64,000 bases of DNA from Balanoglossus misakiensis (Eukaryota > Animalia > Hemichordata), in contig CM082584.2 of assembly GCA_040954595.2 (NCBI GenBank), positions 186,001-250,000 of the forward strand, given 5' to 3'. Made by a program: the position numbers and the translations under genes. The notes under the pieces were generated by a model. That model made no database searches, had not been told where the DNA came from, and saw nothing but the letters and a program-made list of their open reading frames with translations. Positions 9,914-22,375 of the stretch are shown here, piece after piece; the first letter of the stretch is position 1, and every line of letters starts with the position of its first letter.

Positions 9914-12900
9914 CACCTCAGTGAAAAGTAACTGCCCAGCATATGGCTCGAAATGCCGAATTTGTGGGAAACCTAATCACTGGCAGGCGGTATGCCGTTC
10001 CAAAACCAGCTCAAGCGAACCGAAGTCACAGCAGAGACGAGGTGGAAAACCAATCCATAATGTGACACGCTCGAACAGCAACATGCATCAAATAGATGAT
10101 GAAGTCCTAGATGTTGGAACTATCAAAATAAATGCATTGGACAACATCAACAGACAAGAAGAAATATACACGAAACTGACAATCACACAGAGCGAAAAGA
10201 AAAGGAAAGTAGCACTGAAATGCAAGATTGATACCGGTGCACAGAGCAATATACTGCCCCTCCGCCATTTCAAGATCATATTTCCAGAGAAACTGGATAA
10301 ACACGGAAATCCAAAACGCGGGCACTTGAAGGAAAATAAAATAATCCTTACCGCATATGGAGGTTCCAGAATCAAACAGCTTGGCACCATCGTCATTCCA
10401 TGTGAACATAGAGAGAGGAAAATCAGATGCCTCTTCTATGTAACTGACGCCGCAGGCCCAGCCATTTTAGGGTTAAAGGCAAGCAGAGCCTTAAACCTGA
10501 TACAAATAAACTGTTCAGTAGAAGCCATACAAGTGCAGGCGAGCCCAGAGTGCAAGACAGCACAGCCTGGAAGAAATGTTGAAGTGGAAAAAAGAAAGAT
10601 GAACGAACAGAAGCCAGCAGGAAGAAACAGAAACCCTACAGATGACTACATAGACAGTAATACACCCATCAGGGACCGCCCTCCCATAAAGAGCAAAGAA
10701 CAGTTGCTGAGGATGTACCCTGATTGCTTTGACGACGTGGTCGGATGTTTTGAAAACTACACATACCACATCACTCTTGATCCAGAAGTACAACCAGTAG
10801 TACACCCTGCCCGCAGAGTTCCATTAGAACTAATGGATAGACTCAAAACCGAGCTACAGGAGATGGAAGATAAGCAAATCATCGCCAAAGTGAACCAGCC
10901 TACGAACTGGGTCAATTCTCTTGTTGTCCGGGAGAAAGACAATGGAAGACTTCGCATTTGTCTGGACCCGAAGGACTTGAACAAAGCCATTAAAAGGGAT
11001 CATTACCCTACACCCACATTGGAGGAGATTACCCCAAAGTTGGCAGGCGCAACACTTTTCAGCTAGACGCGCGGAACGGATACTGGAATGTAAAGATCGA
11101 TGAAGAATTATCCTTCCTGACGACCTTTAACACACCATATGGCCGTTACAGATTCCTACGAATGCCATTTGGGCTAAGGATGAGCCAAGATGTGTTTCAA
11201 TTCAAAATTGATGAAACATACAGAGAGTGTGAAGGTGCAGTCGGCATTGCAGACGATATACAAGTCTTCGGATCAGGGGAGCGACACCATGACCTGCATC
11301 TACACGAAGCCATGGAACGAACCAGGAAAGCAGGCATTAAACTGAACAAAGAGAAATGCTACATCAAGACAAAAGAATGTAGTTTCTTTGGCATGTTATA
11401 CACAGAAGACGGAGTTAAACCCAACCCAGAAAAGGTCAAGGCGATAGAGATGATGCATCCGCCTAGAGACAAAACCGAACAGCGCACATTCCTCGGAATG
11501 TTGAACTACATGGGTTCATTCATACCCAGATTAGCTGAACACACAGCACCACTGAGAGAGCTCATCAGAGACGACACTGAGTTTGAGTGGTCTCCGACAC
11601 ACACAAAGTCTTTCAATATGATCAAGGACCTGATCAGCACAAAGACTACACTTGCTTACTACGACCGTAAGAAGCCTGCCACTCTACAAGTCGACGCATC
11701 GGAAAAGGGAATCGGAGCGGTGCTCATACAGGAACAGAGACCTATAGCATTTGCGTCCAAGGCCCTGACACCAGCGGAAACCCGATACGCCAATATAGAA
11801 AGAGAACTACTCGCGGTAGTCTACGGATGCGAGAAGTTTCGCACATATCTCTACGGCAGAAGTTTCATAGTAGAGAGTGATCATCGACCGTTGGAGCAAA
11901 TTCAGAGGAAGAATTTGACCAAGGCACCACCCCGATTACAGAGAATGCTGTTGCGCATACAGCCGTATGATTTCACCATACACTACAAGCCAGGCAAACA
12001 GATGATACTCGCCGACGCACTATCTAGACTGTCACCGCAAGATCAGAACGAAATCAGTGACATGAAAGTCCAGATACACCACCTGGTGAAGATCACACCA
12101 ATGAGACAGATGGAGATCAAAGAAGAAACTACCAAAGATGAAATTCTTCAATTATTGATCCAGCAAGTCCTGAAAGGATGGCCAGATAGCATCAAGGACA
12201 TTCACGCTGATATTCGACCCTATTGGTCTATTCGAGACGATATCGCTATCGAAGATGGTATTGTCCTGATAGGCAGCCGACTCCTCATACCAGCAGTAAT
12301 GAGAGATGAAATGCTACAACGCATTCATAGCAGTCACCTGGGGATCGAGAAATGCAAGCTGAGAGCCAGATCCAGCGTGTACTGGCCAGGAATTTATAAA
12401 GATATAGAGAGACTAGTAACAGGATGCAACGCGTGCCAGAAATTCCAGAATTCCCAGCAGAAGGAACCGATGATTCCAATGGAAATTCCACCACGACCGT
12501 GGCACACAATTGGAGCAGACCTATTCTACGTGAACCAAACATGGTACATGATAGTTGCTGACTACTACTCCAAGTTCCCCTTTATTAGGAAACTTGAAGA
12601 CCTCAGAGCCAGTACCATTATGAGAGCCCTCCGAGTTCTATTTGCAGAGCAAGGAATACCCGAGAAACTAGTTTGTGACAACGGATCTCAGTTTACAGCT
12701 AGAGACTTCCACAGCCTAACTGAGAAATATGGTTTTGCGATAGTCACATCATCACCATACTATCCCAAAGGGCACGGTTTTATCGAGCGACATGTACAGA
12801 CCGTGAAGAACATCCTGATGAAGTGCAAAGAGTCCGGAGATGATCCGAATCTAGCATTGTTGGCACTTCGCGCGACTCCATTGAAGTCCAACATACCATC

Positions 12901-13396
12901 ACCAGCTGAGTTGCTGAACAGCAGAGCATGCAAGACAACTCTCCCAGCCAAAATTCACCCAGCAAGAAACGGGGAGGAAGTTCGTCAATACCTGACATCT
13001 CAACAGCAGGCCCAGACTTCCAGCCACGACCAGCACTCCAGACAACTACCAGAATAGCTGACAGGTCAACAAGTCCATATACAAAACCCAATCAGCAAAA
13101 CATGGAGTCCAGCGAGAGTTGTAGCCCCAGCAAACACACCTAGGTCCTACACCGTGAAGTTAGACAACGGGAAACAAATGCGACGCAACAGGATCCACCT
13201 GAAACCAGTCAGCGCAGAACTGAAACCAGCACAGACAGGGATGGATCAACACAATATTGCACCAGCAGTCACAGAGGGAACACCGCCTCAACAACCCGCA
13301 ACGCCAGCGTCACCAGCCCAAGAATCGTTGAGATCAACACGAACCAGAACAAACATACAAAAGCCGTCTCGATACAAAGACTATGTGACTGATTGA
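9914..13396 (+). pseudogene. pol: Gypsy gag C-terminus plus pol (protease, RT, RNase H, integrase); frameshift ~11064, stop ~13055
   Basis: CRICGKPNHWQAVC knuckle, IDTGAQ protease, RICLDP/MPFG/IADDI RT, VDAS/EREL/ADALSR RNase H, HSSH..CNAC and GADLF/CDNGSQF/FIER integrase; the FSKLDA motif is broken by a small deletion. Confidence 0.95.
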
Positions 13397-13603
13397 TAGC
13401 TTTTTCTGATATTGAGATACGCCATTTGTTCCACAGAAAGTTGAGTTAAAAAGAGGAAAATTTATCACATTTTTCCCAGAGTATTTTTCATGTTCGTTGC
13501 GTTTGATTTTGACAAAGACTGATTCAAGATGAATGCAGAGTTTGCACAGGACAATTCACAGTGACATTCGTATTCAAAAAAGAGTTTTGAAACAATTTAT
13601 CTT

Positions 13604-13616
13604 AAAGAAGAGGGGA
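13604..13616 (+). promoter_or_regulatory. Polypurine tract AAAGAAGAGGGGA
   Basis: Immediately precedes the 3' LTR. Confidence 0.9.
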
Positions 13617-13820
13617 TGTAGTATTCTGATAACTACGATCAATATAGCGCCCTCTAGTGTTGCATTGTTGGTGTTCCACTTGTTTATGAATTGCTGTACG
13701 ACGTCACTTCCGCCCAGATTAGGCGAAGCACATTGTTGAGTCTTTTCAGCCGATCAATAAATAGGTTGTTGTTATACCTAAAGATCGCATTATTATTCCC
13801 ATGTTGATGGAAACATAACA
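13617..13820 (+). repeat. 3' LTR (204 bp)
   Basis: Matches 5891-6093; followed by TSD ATCAT. Confidence 0.96.
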
Positions 13821-14377
13821 ATCATCCGAGTACTTTTCCCAGCATGCAGTTGCCAAGAAGGCTGCACAGGGAGTTTTTAATTTTGCACTGGTATACAATT
13901 TTTTTATTCGTCAATTTCACAGACACGTGCATTGCACATCAAAATTTTGCGTCAAAAGTGAGGACAACTTAACTAGGTACCAATGCAATGTGGTTTTAGG
14001 CGGATTTGAACTTTTCCTTTAATGTAACAGTTGTATTGACATGCGATTATCATACTGAACATGAATCAATCTCAAAATTGCTAAAAATAAAATAATTCAG
14101 AACATTTAGATTCTACAATGGTGAAAAAATATGACAAACCTCCCAAAATTCTTATTTTTGAGGCCATTTTACAAAAATCTACGAGCCTGGCAAAATCTGA
14201 CAGAGGTGCTAGATAAAGGGCACTTTTTCAAAACTCTAGATGGTTGACCCCAAGTATGCTTATTTGGTTAAATTTTAAAAGGAAATCACCCGCTGTTTTA
14301 GGGTTAATATTGCGAAAGGGACTTCATAAGTTGTCTGAAAACACCAGTTTCCCCAATTTTCACTAATGTATAGGAAT

Positions 14378-15034
14378 ACTTGAGAAGTCGGCCAGATTAG
14401 AAGTCGGCCAGTACGCGCGTATGAGAAGTCGGCCAGTACGAGAAGTCGGCCAGTTGTTGAACTTGTACCCGAATAGTGCAGTGATGACCCAGATTACTTA
14501 TAACAACACTTAATAAAATATAATTGCACTAAATATTTTCATTTGGACGGATTTCCCAAATTCTTGACAACACAATGGCGTCATTTCAAATAATGGCGTC
14601 TGGCATCCGTACCGGTTCGCCAGCCCCGTATCCGCGTAAGGAGCTTAGGTTGTTCGCCAAATTCCTGTGACATTTCTGATTAAAGGGAGTTGTTTCAAAG
14701 CCTACTAAAATACATAGAAGATGTATGTGTATATTCATACTTTGAGACAAAACCAAACAAACAAACGTGACGAGGAACAGACTACTGGCGCAGCGCAAGA
14801 AGTGCAGGTGACTGATGTTGACGTACCCCGGTGACGTACATGAAAAGTGAACAGACAGTTTTAAAATTCATCGGCTATTTGTACAAATATCTCAGCTCCT
14901 GTACATCAAGGAAACATCTCGTAGTGAAACAGTTATATATAACACAAAGTACCAGGGTTCTCTCCCACAGGCCGACTTCTCGTACTGGCCGATACCGACT
15001 TCTCATACTGGTCGACTTCTCAGGACACCATGTA
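14378..15034. mobile_element. MITE with iterated subterminal motif GAGAAGTCGGCCAGT in inverted orientation at both ends (copy B ~37433-38073)
   Basis: 3-4 copies of agaagtcggccag at left and ggccgacttctc-type copies at right; exact ends degraded. Confidence 0.7.
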
Positions 15035-15141
15035 TAGCATAGCTGTTGAACTCAAAAAATATGTAAAACTACAAGTGATGTAAACAACTTGTGGAACCAT
15101 GTTCAAATCGAGACCAGAAGAAAAGAGATTTCAAGACTTAC

Positions 15142-15238
15142 CTCCTTCAACACTTTACTGCCCTGTAGCGCACTGTGTGACATTTGTAGTTGTGCATTCA
15201 TAACCAGAAGGACGTGGCCGAACCTAGCGAGTATGAAC
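15142..15238 (-). pseudogene. GCC2/GCC3-like Cys-repeat exon (copy A), disrupted, GSYSLGSAT/PSGYECTTT..TQCATGQ*SVEG
   Basis: tag acceptor, GTAAGT donor; frameshift and TAA; same in copy B 38181-38277. Confidence 0.72.
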
Positions 15239-15463
15239 CTATCACAGAAAAAATTCAAAGAACGATTGGTTTGGTCCAACGATCCCTTATTAGAGAGATG
15301 TCCGTAATCACAGGTGTTACTGTACTATACCTCTTCAGTGGAATCATTGTGTTTTTCAAAGCGCATCACAATATCAACTCCAATGAGCATAACAGTTTAA
15401 TTTTCTGTGTATGTCATGCTATAACACAGGGAAGTCACAAGAGTGATTTGCAGCCCAACTTAC

Positions 15464-15661
15464 CAGTAACTGTTGAACAATCAACTACGGGTGACATGGT
15501 TGGACACTTGGATCCTGCTGGACAAGGCGTGCATGTGCCGTCGCCTTCCATTGCATATTCACCATTGCCACAGTCAAGCGGATCTTACATTGAATCTGTA
15601 CACGATTGTCCAGCAGGGCACAGAAGACGGGATGTGCGTGCAGGCTCCGCACTTATTTCAT
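15464..15661 (-). pseudogene. GCC2/GCC3-like exon (copy A) with in-frame TAA, ..LCPAGQSC...M*DPLDCGNGEYAMEGDGTCTPCPAGSKCP..
   Basis: cag acceptor, GTAAGT donor, 198 bp; same stop in copy B 38503-38700. Confidence 0.82.
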
Positions 15662-15912
15662 CTGATTAAAGAAAATGAGGTTTTTAGTGATGTATTTGTG
15701 ATACAGTGTCATTTAAAATAACAAATTACTTGAGATGATTCACTTCATAATTCTGAGACAAGTATACAGGCATGTAGAAAATTCTTTGGAGGACATTAAA
15801 TGTCATTTCTAATCAACCATTTTCTGAATATCATAAGACTCTGCGAGATCTCACATGGCTAACCGGGTCTCGCAAGATCTCGCACTGAGTTGATAATCTG
15901 TTGTAAACACAT

Positions 15913-15943
<31 letters not shown>

Positions 15944-16054
15944 AACATAACCCCAGTCGCACTGACTTGAAAATCTGTTGTAAACACATACATGCATACA
16001 CACATACCCCTCAGTTTCATCACACAGCAAACTGAACAAGTACCACAATCTTAC

Positions 16055-16188
16055 CATTTGTACATCTGGTACAGTTTGTTGCACCAGCCAATGACACGTA
16101 ACCCTTGGTACACTTGAATTGCGATGCACTGGGATCTGTGCAGGCGTACCCTTGCTCACAAATAGTACACTGTTCAGCACCGGCTGAT
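16055..16188 (-). pseudogene. GCC2/GCC3-like exon (copy A), SAGAEQCTICEQGYACTDPSASQFKCTKGYVSLAGATNCTRCTN
   Basis: cag acceptor, GTAAGA donor, 134 bp, phase 2-1; copy B 39083-39216. Confidence 0.8.
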
Positions 16189-16331
16189 CTGTAAATCAAA
16201 CAAAGAATTTACACACCAAGTTAACCTTTGAATACCACTGTAAAAAATTGGCGCAAATTTTAATTATTTTCATAAATAGAGGTCTATTCAAATTTGATGT
16301 TGGAAATAAAGGTGGGTGGGTAGAAGTTTAC

Positions 16332-16462
16332 CTGTTATGCAAGAGGTACAGCGAGACATCCTTTGTCCAAGGCCGAACTATAATAACCAGCCGAGCATAA
16401 AATCACAGTGTTACCATTTGGACAATGGTTACCAGCTTGGCAATCAGCACATGATGTTTGTG
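16332..16462 (-). pseudogene. GCC2/GCC3-like exon (copy A), frameshifted, QTSCADC.AGN.CPNGNTVILCSAGYYSS/..CTSCIT
   Basis: cag acceptor, GTAAAC donor, 131 bp; copy B 39471-39601. Confidence 0.78.
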
Positions 16463-16931
16463 CTGAAAATAAACAGAGATTTATAGAATCTTATAGTCAC
16501 AGTCATACCTTCAAAGACGTGGGATTCTCACGCGGGTTGGGGAGACATAAATCCCTGGCAAAAGATTGAGGACAGGAAAATGCCAAACCAGAGATATTGG
16601 TAACAGAAACTGTATACAGTCAATGCCATATGGCAGTGTGCTGTTCTAACAACCGACAAGAATGTGACGATCATAGTCTGTGTCGGAGATTTGGAAAAGA
16701 GCAAATTCGGTGAAAAGACGGGACAAAACAAAAGTCTACTTATACGATGCACATGAAAACTGGATGAAAGCGAAGCAGTCCACTATTTGAATGCATTGGA
16801 TGTAAAATTGGCAGAATATTTGGACTGGACATAATGTTTGTACGCACAGAATTAGGCACATGCACATAAGATGATCGTCCGCCTAAGTGAAAGATTACAC
16901 AGTAATGCCCAAACTTTAAGTGCTGACTCAC

Positions 16932-17164
16932 CATTTATATTAGTGTAGTATCCATCTTCACACACCTCTGGCTCCGACATACCATCATATTGGCACTTAT
17001 ACCCAGGGCAGGACAAGGCGTACAGTCTATACTTCCATTGTTGGCAAAATATCCCTGTCCGCATTGTGTTGGTGATGAGAGGCTGGCTGTTCCACACATG
17101 AAACCCTTGGACACAGCGTGCATGCTTCAGAACATGCTGAACGGTAACTTCCAACTGCGCAGTC
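16932..17164 (-). pseudogene. GCC2/GCC3-like exon (copy A) with two frameshifts, DCAVGSY...CTLCP/GFMCG...QCGQGYFANNGSIDCTPCPA/GYKC...VCEDGYY
   Basis: Pieces appear in three frames (ORFs 16852..17154, 16935..17123); cag acceptor, GTGAGT donor; copy B 41392-41624. Confidence 0.82.
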
Positions 17165-17786
17165 CTGTAGGAGTAAAGACGTCAAATATTAGGGAGGTTT
17201 AAGAGCCCTCTAGCCAGCAAACTTCATCAAGGATGTACGCGCAGAACATAAACTGGAAACACTGCGCGCCCGGTCCTTTTCCCATAGGATTACATTGATA
17301 ATCGCCAGAAAACAAACTTCTACTATTGTCATTTTCACGAAATTTTACACATAGCTCAGTCCAGCAAATATAAATTCATTGGTCAAATAAAATATAGGCG
17401 TCACCGCGCTCTTTTTTGAGATAAATTGCGTTAAGAATTTTGCCCATAGACAAACCATTGGTGAAAAATGCTGAGTCAGCAGATTTCTTCTATTATCGAC
17501 CAAATTCATGGCTCTGTATTTCAAAAACAAGCCCAGTGACCCCTATATTTTATTACGGATTTTCATTATACATACAAAGGAGAATAAAAAAATCCACAAT
17601 TAAAAAAAATGACAATACTTTCAATTTTACTGAACGTACATCCTTAATGTTACTTAATATGTAGTGGAGCACCAAAACCCAAATTTTCATATCGATTGTG
17701 TATTTTGTGATAAAAGCACCAAACTTGGCTCAGATGTGTGTTAATGTGTACTGAACGAATTCAGATAGCGAGTCACTAAATATCTG

Positions 17787-18213
17787 TAGTCTCGGTTACC
17801 CAGAGCCCTCTGCTTCTTCCGTTAGGCACTCCAGAAAGAGGGTCTGGGGAAACCCGGTAGACACATTGCCGGGCGGAATCGGGACAGCTGCGATGCATGA
17901 CGGGAGCTTAATATTCGGTACGATATTATGATATGACCATATTAGAAAACTATTAACCAAACTTCTCTCTCTCTTTTCAATTTGTAGACAGTTTTAGCAG
18001 GTCTAGCACTACTCAGCATGTTTTCTTTATCGTATGACATACATGTCGGCCGTGAGGTTCGCGCGCAGGACGTTGCCATTTTGGAATATTAAGCTCCCGT
18101 CATGCATCGCAGCTGTCCCGATTCCGCCCGGCGATTTGTCTACCGGGTTTCCCCAGACCCTCTTTCTGGAGTGCCTAACGGAAGAAGCAGAGGGCTCTGG
18201 GTAACCGAGACTA
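17787..18213. mobile_element. Palindromic MITE with TAG...CTA ends and a 10-bp TSD (AcademH-like), copy A only
   Basis: ~130-bp near-perfect TIRs; TSD TAAATATCTG at 17777-17786 and 18214-18223; single copy of the TSD at the empty site ~43035-43044. Confidence 0.88.
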
Positions 18214-18499
18214 TAAATATCTGTTGAAGAGTTTCCATGTCAACCATTTTTTTTCAAAATGGCCGCCAATACAGATAATCACACCTGTTAAACACCAAAA
18301 TAAATTCAGATTACAATATTTGAAACAAGAAACTACGGAAAGAATGGTTTGCAATAGAACTATGGTTATTAAACTACAAATGTACTTATAAGGGTAACTA
18401 AGGGATCAAAACACAGGTGAAACTTTCAATCCCTGGTTCTCGCATTAGTATAGGTGCTCCCCCCAGTCAAACATTATGGCTAGTTGCGATATTTAACTG

Positions 18500-19348
18500 G
18501 AAAGTGCAGTTCACGAAATAAAAACCTGGATGACACATAATAAACTTCAACTCAATGGTGGCAAAACCGAGGTACTCCTGATAAGGTCTCAGTTCAACCG
18601 CTCGCCTCGTCCCATAAACCACATGAGCATTGGATCATGTTGTGTTCAAATTGTGAATTCTGCACGGAATATAGGTGTGACATTCGACGACAATTACACT
18701 TTCAATAAGCACATTAATGCAATTTGCAAGTCAATTTTCTTCCATCTGCGTCAAATCAGCCACATCGCCGTTACCTCACAAAGGAAGTTTGCCAGATGCT
18801 GGTTCATGCTCTAATCACATCAAAACTGAACTACTGTAATGCACTACTCTGTGGTTTACCATCATCATGCATGCTACAGCATGCCCTGAATTCTGCAGCC
18901 AGGATCGTTTCTCGTACCCGTAAAAGGGATCATATTACTCCTGTTCTCATGGATTTACATTGGTTGCCTGTACACTATAGAATCCAATACAAGATCTTGC
19001 TTATGACATATAAGGCATTAAACAACACAGCACCAGCTTACATCTCTGACTTAATCCATCTGAAAACTTCAACAAGACTTCTTCGTTCAAATGACAAATT
19101 TCTACTTCATGTACCATGGAGTAAGAAGAAAACGTACGGCGATCGTGCTTTTTCGTATATCGCCCCACTCATCTGGAACAGTGTCCCAATAGAGGTATGC
19201 TAGTCACCTAGCCTTGACAGTTTCAAGAAACACATCAAGACTTATCTGTTTAACAGAGCCTATTAACAGTAACTTTACATTGTAAAGCACTATTGAACAC
19301 TATTGCAGTGGAGTTTGGTGCTCTATAAGTCCTTTTGATTGATTGATG
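18500..19348 (+). mobile_element. L2-clade LINE 3' fragment (end of RT to tail), frameshifted
   Basis: NKLQLNGGKTE, ARNIGV, LNYCNALL, LHWLPV, GDRAFS motifs; (gatt)n tail. Confidence 0.9.
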
Positions 19349-19830
19349 AACAGTTTACCACCTTAGCTAAACACATAAACAGATCACCGATACGTCCGAA
19401 TAGCGCGTGTATGAGGGCTTGGCTAACTTGTGACCTCAGTAAAGATCATGTGAAAATGTCCATTTTGTTTGGTCGGGCATTCATTCTTGTCGGCAAAAAC
19501 TGCCATAGGAAATTATAAACTTAAGTCAAATTGTTGAAACAATAAATAATAGTCCATGTGTCTTGATACTTCAGATCATGCATCGGTTCGACTCTGTCTG
19601 TAGTCGGCTACCCAAATTTATTGGGAAGTTCGGCCTTTTACACATTAATACGTGTGGTTTTCGATCATATCCTACCGGTCTTATTGGTTGGCATTAATTT
19701 GGCAGTGTGCTATAAGCATATTACATCCTACATCAAACCAAAATAAAGCTTGTGATACTTTGACCATCAGTATTTGTTTACTTTTAGTCGCTAGTGAAAT
19801 TCAAGCTCAGTAATAACTTTACAACTAACT

Positions 19831-21653
19831 TATTAGGGGCCCAAGCCCCTATGGGTGGGGCCCCTATTGGTATTGCTGGCATTTTTCTTCTTCTTTGGCA
19901 CTTTCATCGGCCACTAGGATCTTGAAAACGGCTAAACCTACAATTCTCAAATATGGCACAATGATGCAGGCCAATGAGATCTGGTGCAGTACGTCCATGA
20001 ATGTTAAATTAGTCAAGTGACCTGATGACCATATAAGGGCGAAATTTTCAAATTAGGGCATGTCGATTTTGAGAAGAAGATTTTTGATCATTATATTTCA
20101 TTTTTTTTCATTGACCATGGGGGGTCTGGACCAAGGCATAGGCTTTACTATACCCGCATAGCAAAGCTATGACAACATCGTATTTAAATAATAACACATG
20201 TTAGCGAGGGCAATATCATGATCTTTTGCCTGCACAAGGGATGGTGATCTTTGACCTTAATAATATTGATGATGCCCGAGCCGCAGGGAAGGGCATCATC
20301 AATATGTTTCGATGTGTGACGTTACCAGCACATTCCAGAAGACAGCATGGCATCGTCTGTACAAGTTGAGTGAAATACTTAGAAAGATATCGCCACATAC
20401 AGTGACTGGGCTGTGTTCATGTTTTTCTCTTGAAATCATGAACAGTGTTATACACCTCTGTATCAATGCTGTTTTAGTGACTTTTTCACACCCGTTCTTT
20501 TTGTTTTGAGTGAATAGGATAGTCAACTAACTACTGCTGGACAATGGGTGTGAGTTTCATGGCTCTCACATGATGGGGTAATCTGGGGTAACATTTTGAA
20601 AATACCATGTCATTTTCAGAACGCAGTTACGGTGTATGTACATGTGAACAGTGATACATGTACATGTGTAGGTCGGAAATTTAGATCGGGTATACACGTC
20701 TGCATCTAACACTCAAACTGCAATATTGCCAAACGTGTGTATTATACACGATATACTACATGTAGTAATTCTATTAGACTTAGTCTGCATTGGTCAATAT
20801 AATATACGGAAACTAAATATGTCGATCGGATTTAATCTTTCACAGGTCCAGCTGTGGTTGCGCAGAACACGTCTCCATTTATGGTGTGAACAGGGACTGC
20901 TGTACGCATGTGCACATCTGAGTTCACGAGGTTACACCTACTGCGGTTGCGCAGAACACGTCTCCATTTATGGAGTGAACAGGGACTGACCAAGGGGCCG
21001 AAATGAGAAGCCAAATTTCGGGTGACCCCTTGACCTTTGACCCACCTTGAAAAACACATATCTACTTCTACGCTAACTAATACACCTAGGGAGCTGATTT
21101 TTGGTGGACAGGTACAACTATTGGACCAAATCATTTCGCCGCAATGTCACGTGACCTCGGTGACCTTTGAACTATTTATAACATAAATGCTCATAAGTAC
21201 GTAACTATTAGACCGACAGACTTCATATTTGGTGGGATGAAGCATACACATGTACTTGTTACCCCTTGACCTTTGACCTAATTAATTATGTGCATACCTA
21301 ATTCTAGGCTTACCAATAGGGCTAGAGGTTTTGTTTCTGTTGGACATGGACAAGTGTGGGGTCCAATTTTTTCCATAAAATTTTGGGTGACCTCAGGTGA
21401 TCTACTTTCTCATATCTCGGCCTCCAGAGCAGGTACAGCCTTAGCATTTCGAGGGATGGGACTAAAATGAAAAGCCGAATTTTGAGGTCACCTGTACAAC
21501 TGCTTAACTCATTAATTATGTGCATACCTAATTCCAGGCGAACCAATAGGGCTGAAGGTTTGGTTTCTGATGGACCTGGACCAGTATGGGGTCAAAAAAT
21601 TTTGCCCAAATTTCGGGTGACCTCAGATGACCATTTTGGCTTGCAGCTATATT
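19831..21653. mobile_element. Helentron-like non-autonomous element
   Basis: Terminal GC hairpin tattaggggcccaagcccctatgggtggggcccctattg, internal tgacct-rich repeats, end gcttgcagctatatt; no TSD. Confidence 0.55.
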
Positions 21654-21657
21654 TTAA

Positions 21658-21949
21658 CCCTAATGCTACTAGGTGTCATACCTGTTTAGAGTGTCAAGTC
21701 CCTTAAAATATGTATTTGCCATTTTTTCTTCCTAAACGTATTTTGACTGTCTTGCCATGGCTCTCATATGTTAGACACACTTGGCAGTCTAAACCCCCCT
21801 TAAATGTACTAAATCGTACTGGTTTGCTCTGGTTTGGTTTGAGGGTCTTGTATAGGCCCTACTGCGTAACACGCCCTTGGCAGCCTAACAGGCCTGGGAG
21901 CCAGGATTCTAGGCACCCTGGATATCAAACTGACTTGGCAGCGTTAGGG
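21658..21949. mobile_element. piggyBac-type MITE
   Basis: TTAA|CCCTAATGCT ... AGCGTTAGGG|TTAA. Confidence 0.8.
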
Positions 21950-21974
21950 TTAAAACTATGTATAATCACATACT

Positions 21975-22375
21975 AGATGTTTGAAAAATGGCAATGTCTT
22001 CTCTAAATGTTCTCCATCCAAAGGGATCTGACAAGGGTGTCCCCTGTCAGCACTTCATTTTTTGTTTGTCATAGCAATTTTCGCGACTGTTATATTAGAT
22101 TTAGAGTTGACTAAAAGATAAATGGTGTCTACGATTCCAAACACATAAAAATTACACCAGTTGTGGACGACACAACATTATTTTATTTGATGAGAGTAGT
22201 GTTCATCATGCCATAAATATAGTCAAAAAATTTGTTAGTTTTAGAAACCCAACTAAATACACGAAAAGTTGGGCTTTAGATTGGTTAACTGAAAATCAGG
22301 CTGATTGCAATTTTTCGGGTGGCCCGATACTCCCAACAAGTCACTTGGAATGTACTTTCATTCTAATATTGTCAT
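21975..22375 (+). mobile_element. Highly decayed L1/Tx1-type RT fragment
   Basis: Remnants of GIRQGCPLS (gggatctgacaagggtgtcccctgtcagc) and DDTT (gacgacacaaca). Confidence 0.55.

Larger units (their letters stand above)
5891..13820 (+). mobile_element. Full-length Ty3/Gypsy (Mag-like) LTR retrotransposon, interrupted and frameshifted
   Basis: TG...CA LTRs, 5-bp TSD ATCAT (5886-5890, 13821-13825), PBS, PPT, gag-PR-RT-RH-IN order; empty site with a single ATCAT at 36473-36477. Confidence 0.97.
1..18500 (+). repeat. Copy A of a large direct duplication (partner ~28474-43322); probably extends left of the window
   Basis: 1-365 matches 28474-28838; 363 onward matches 30591 onward; homology ends at ...gcgatatttaact (~18498 vs ~43319). 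Duplicated ORFs appear in the ORF track. Confidence 0.95.

Noticed and set aside
15190-15669. Plus-strand ORFs of up to 159 aa (also 38229..38708, 902..1195 and similar)
   Set aside because: They are antisense shadows of the minus-strand Cys-rich exons.
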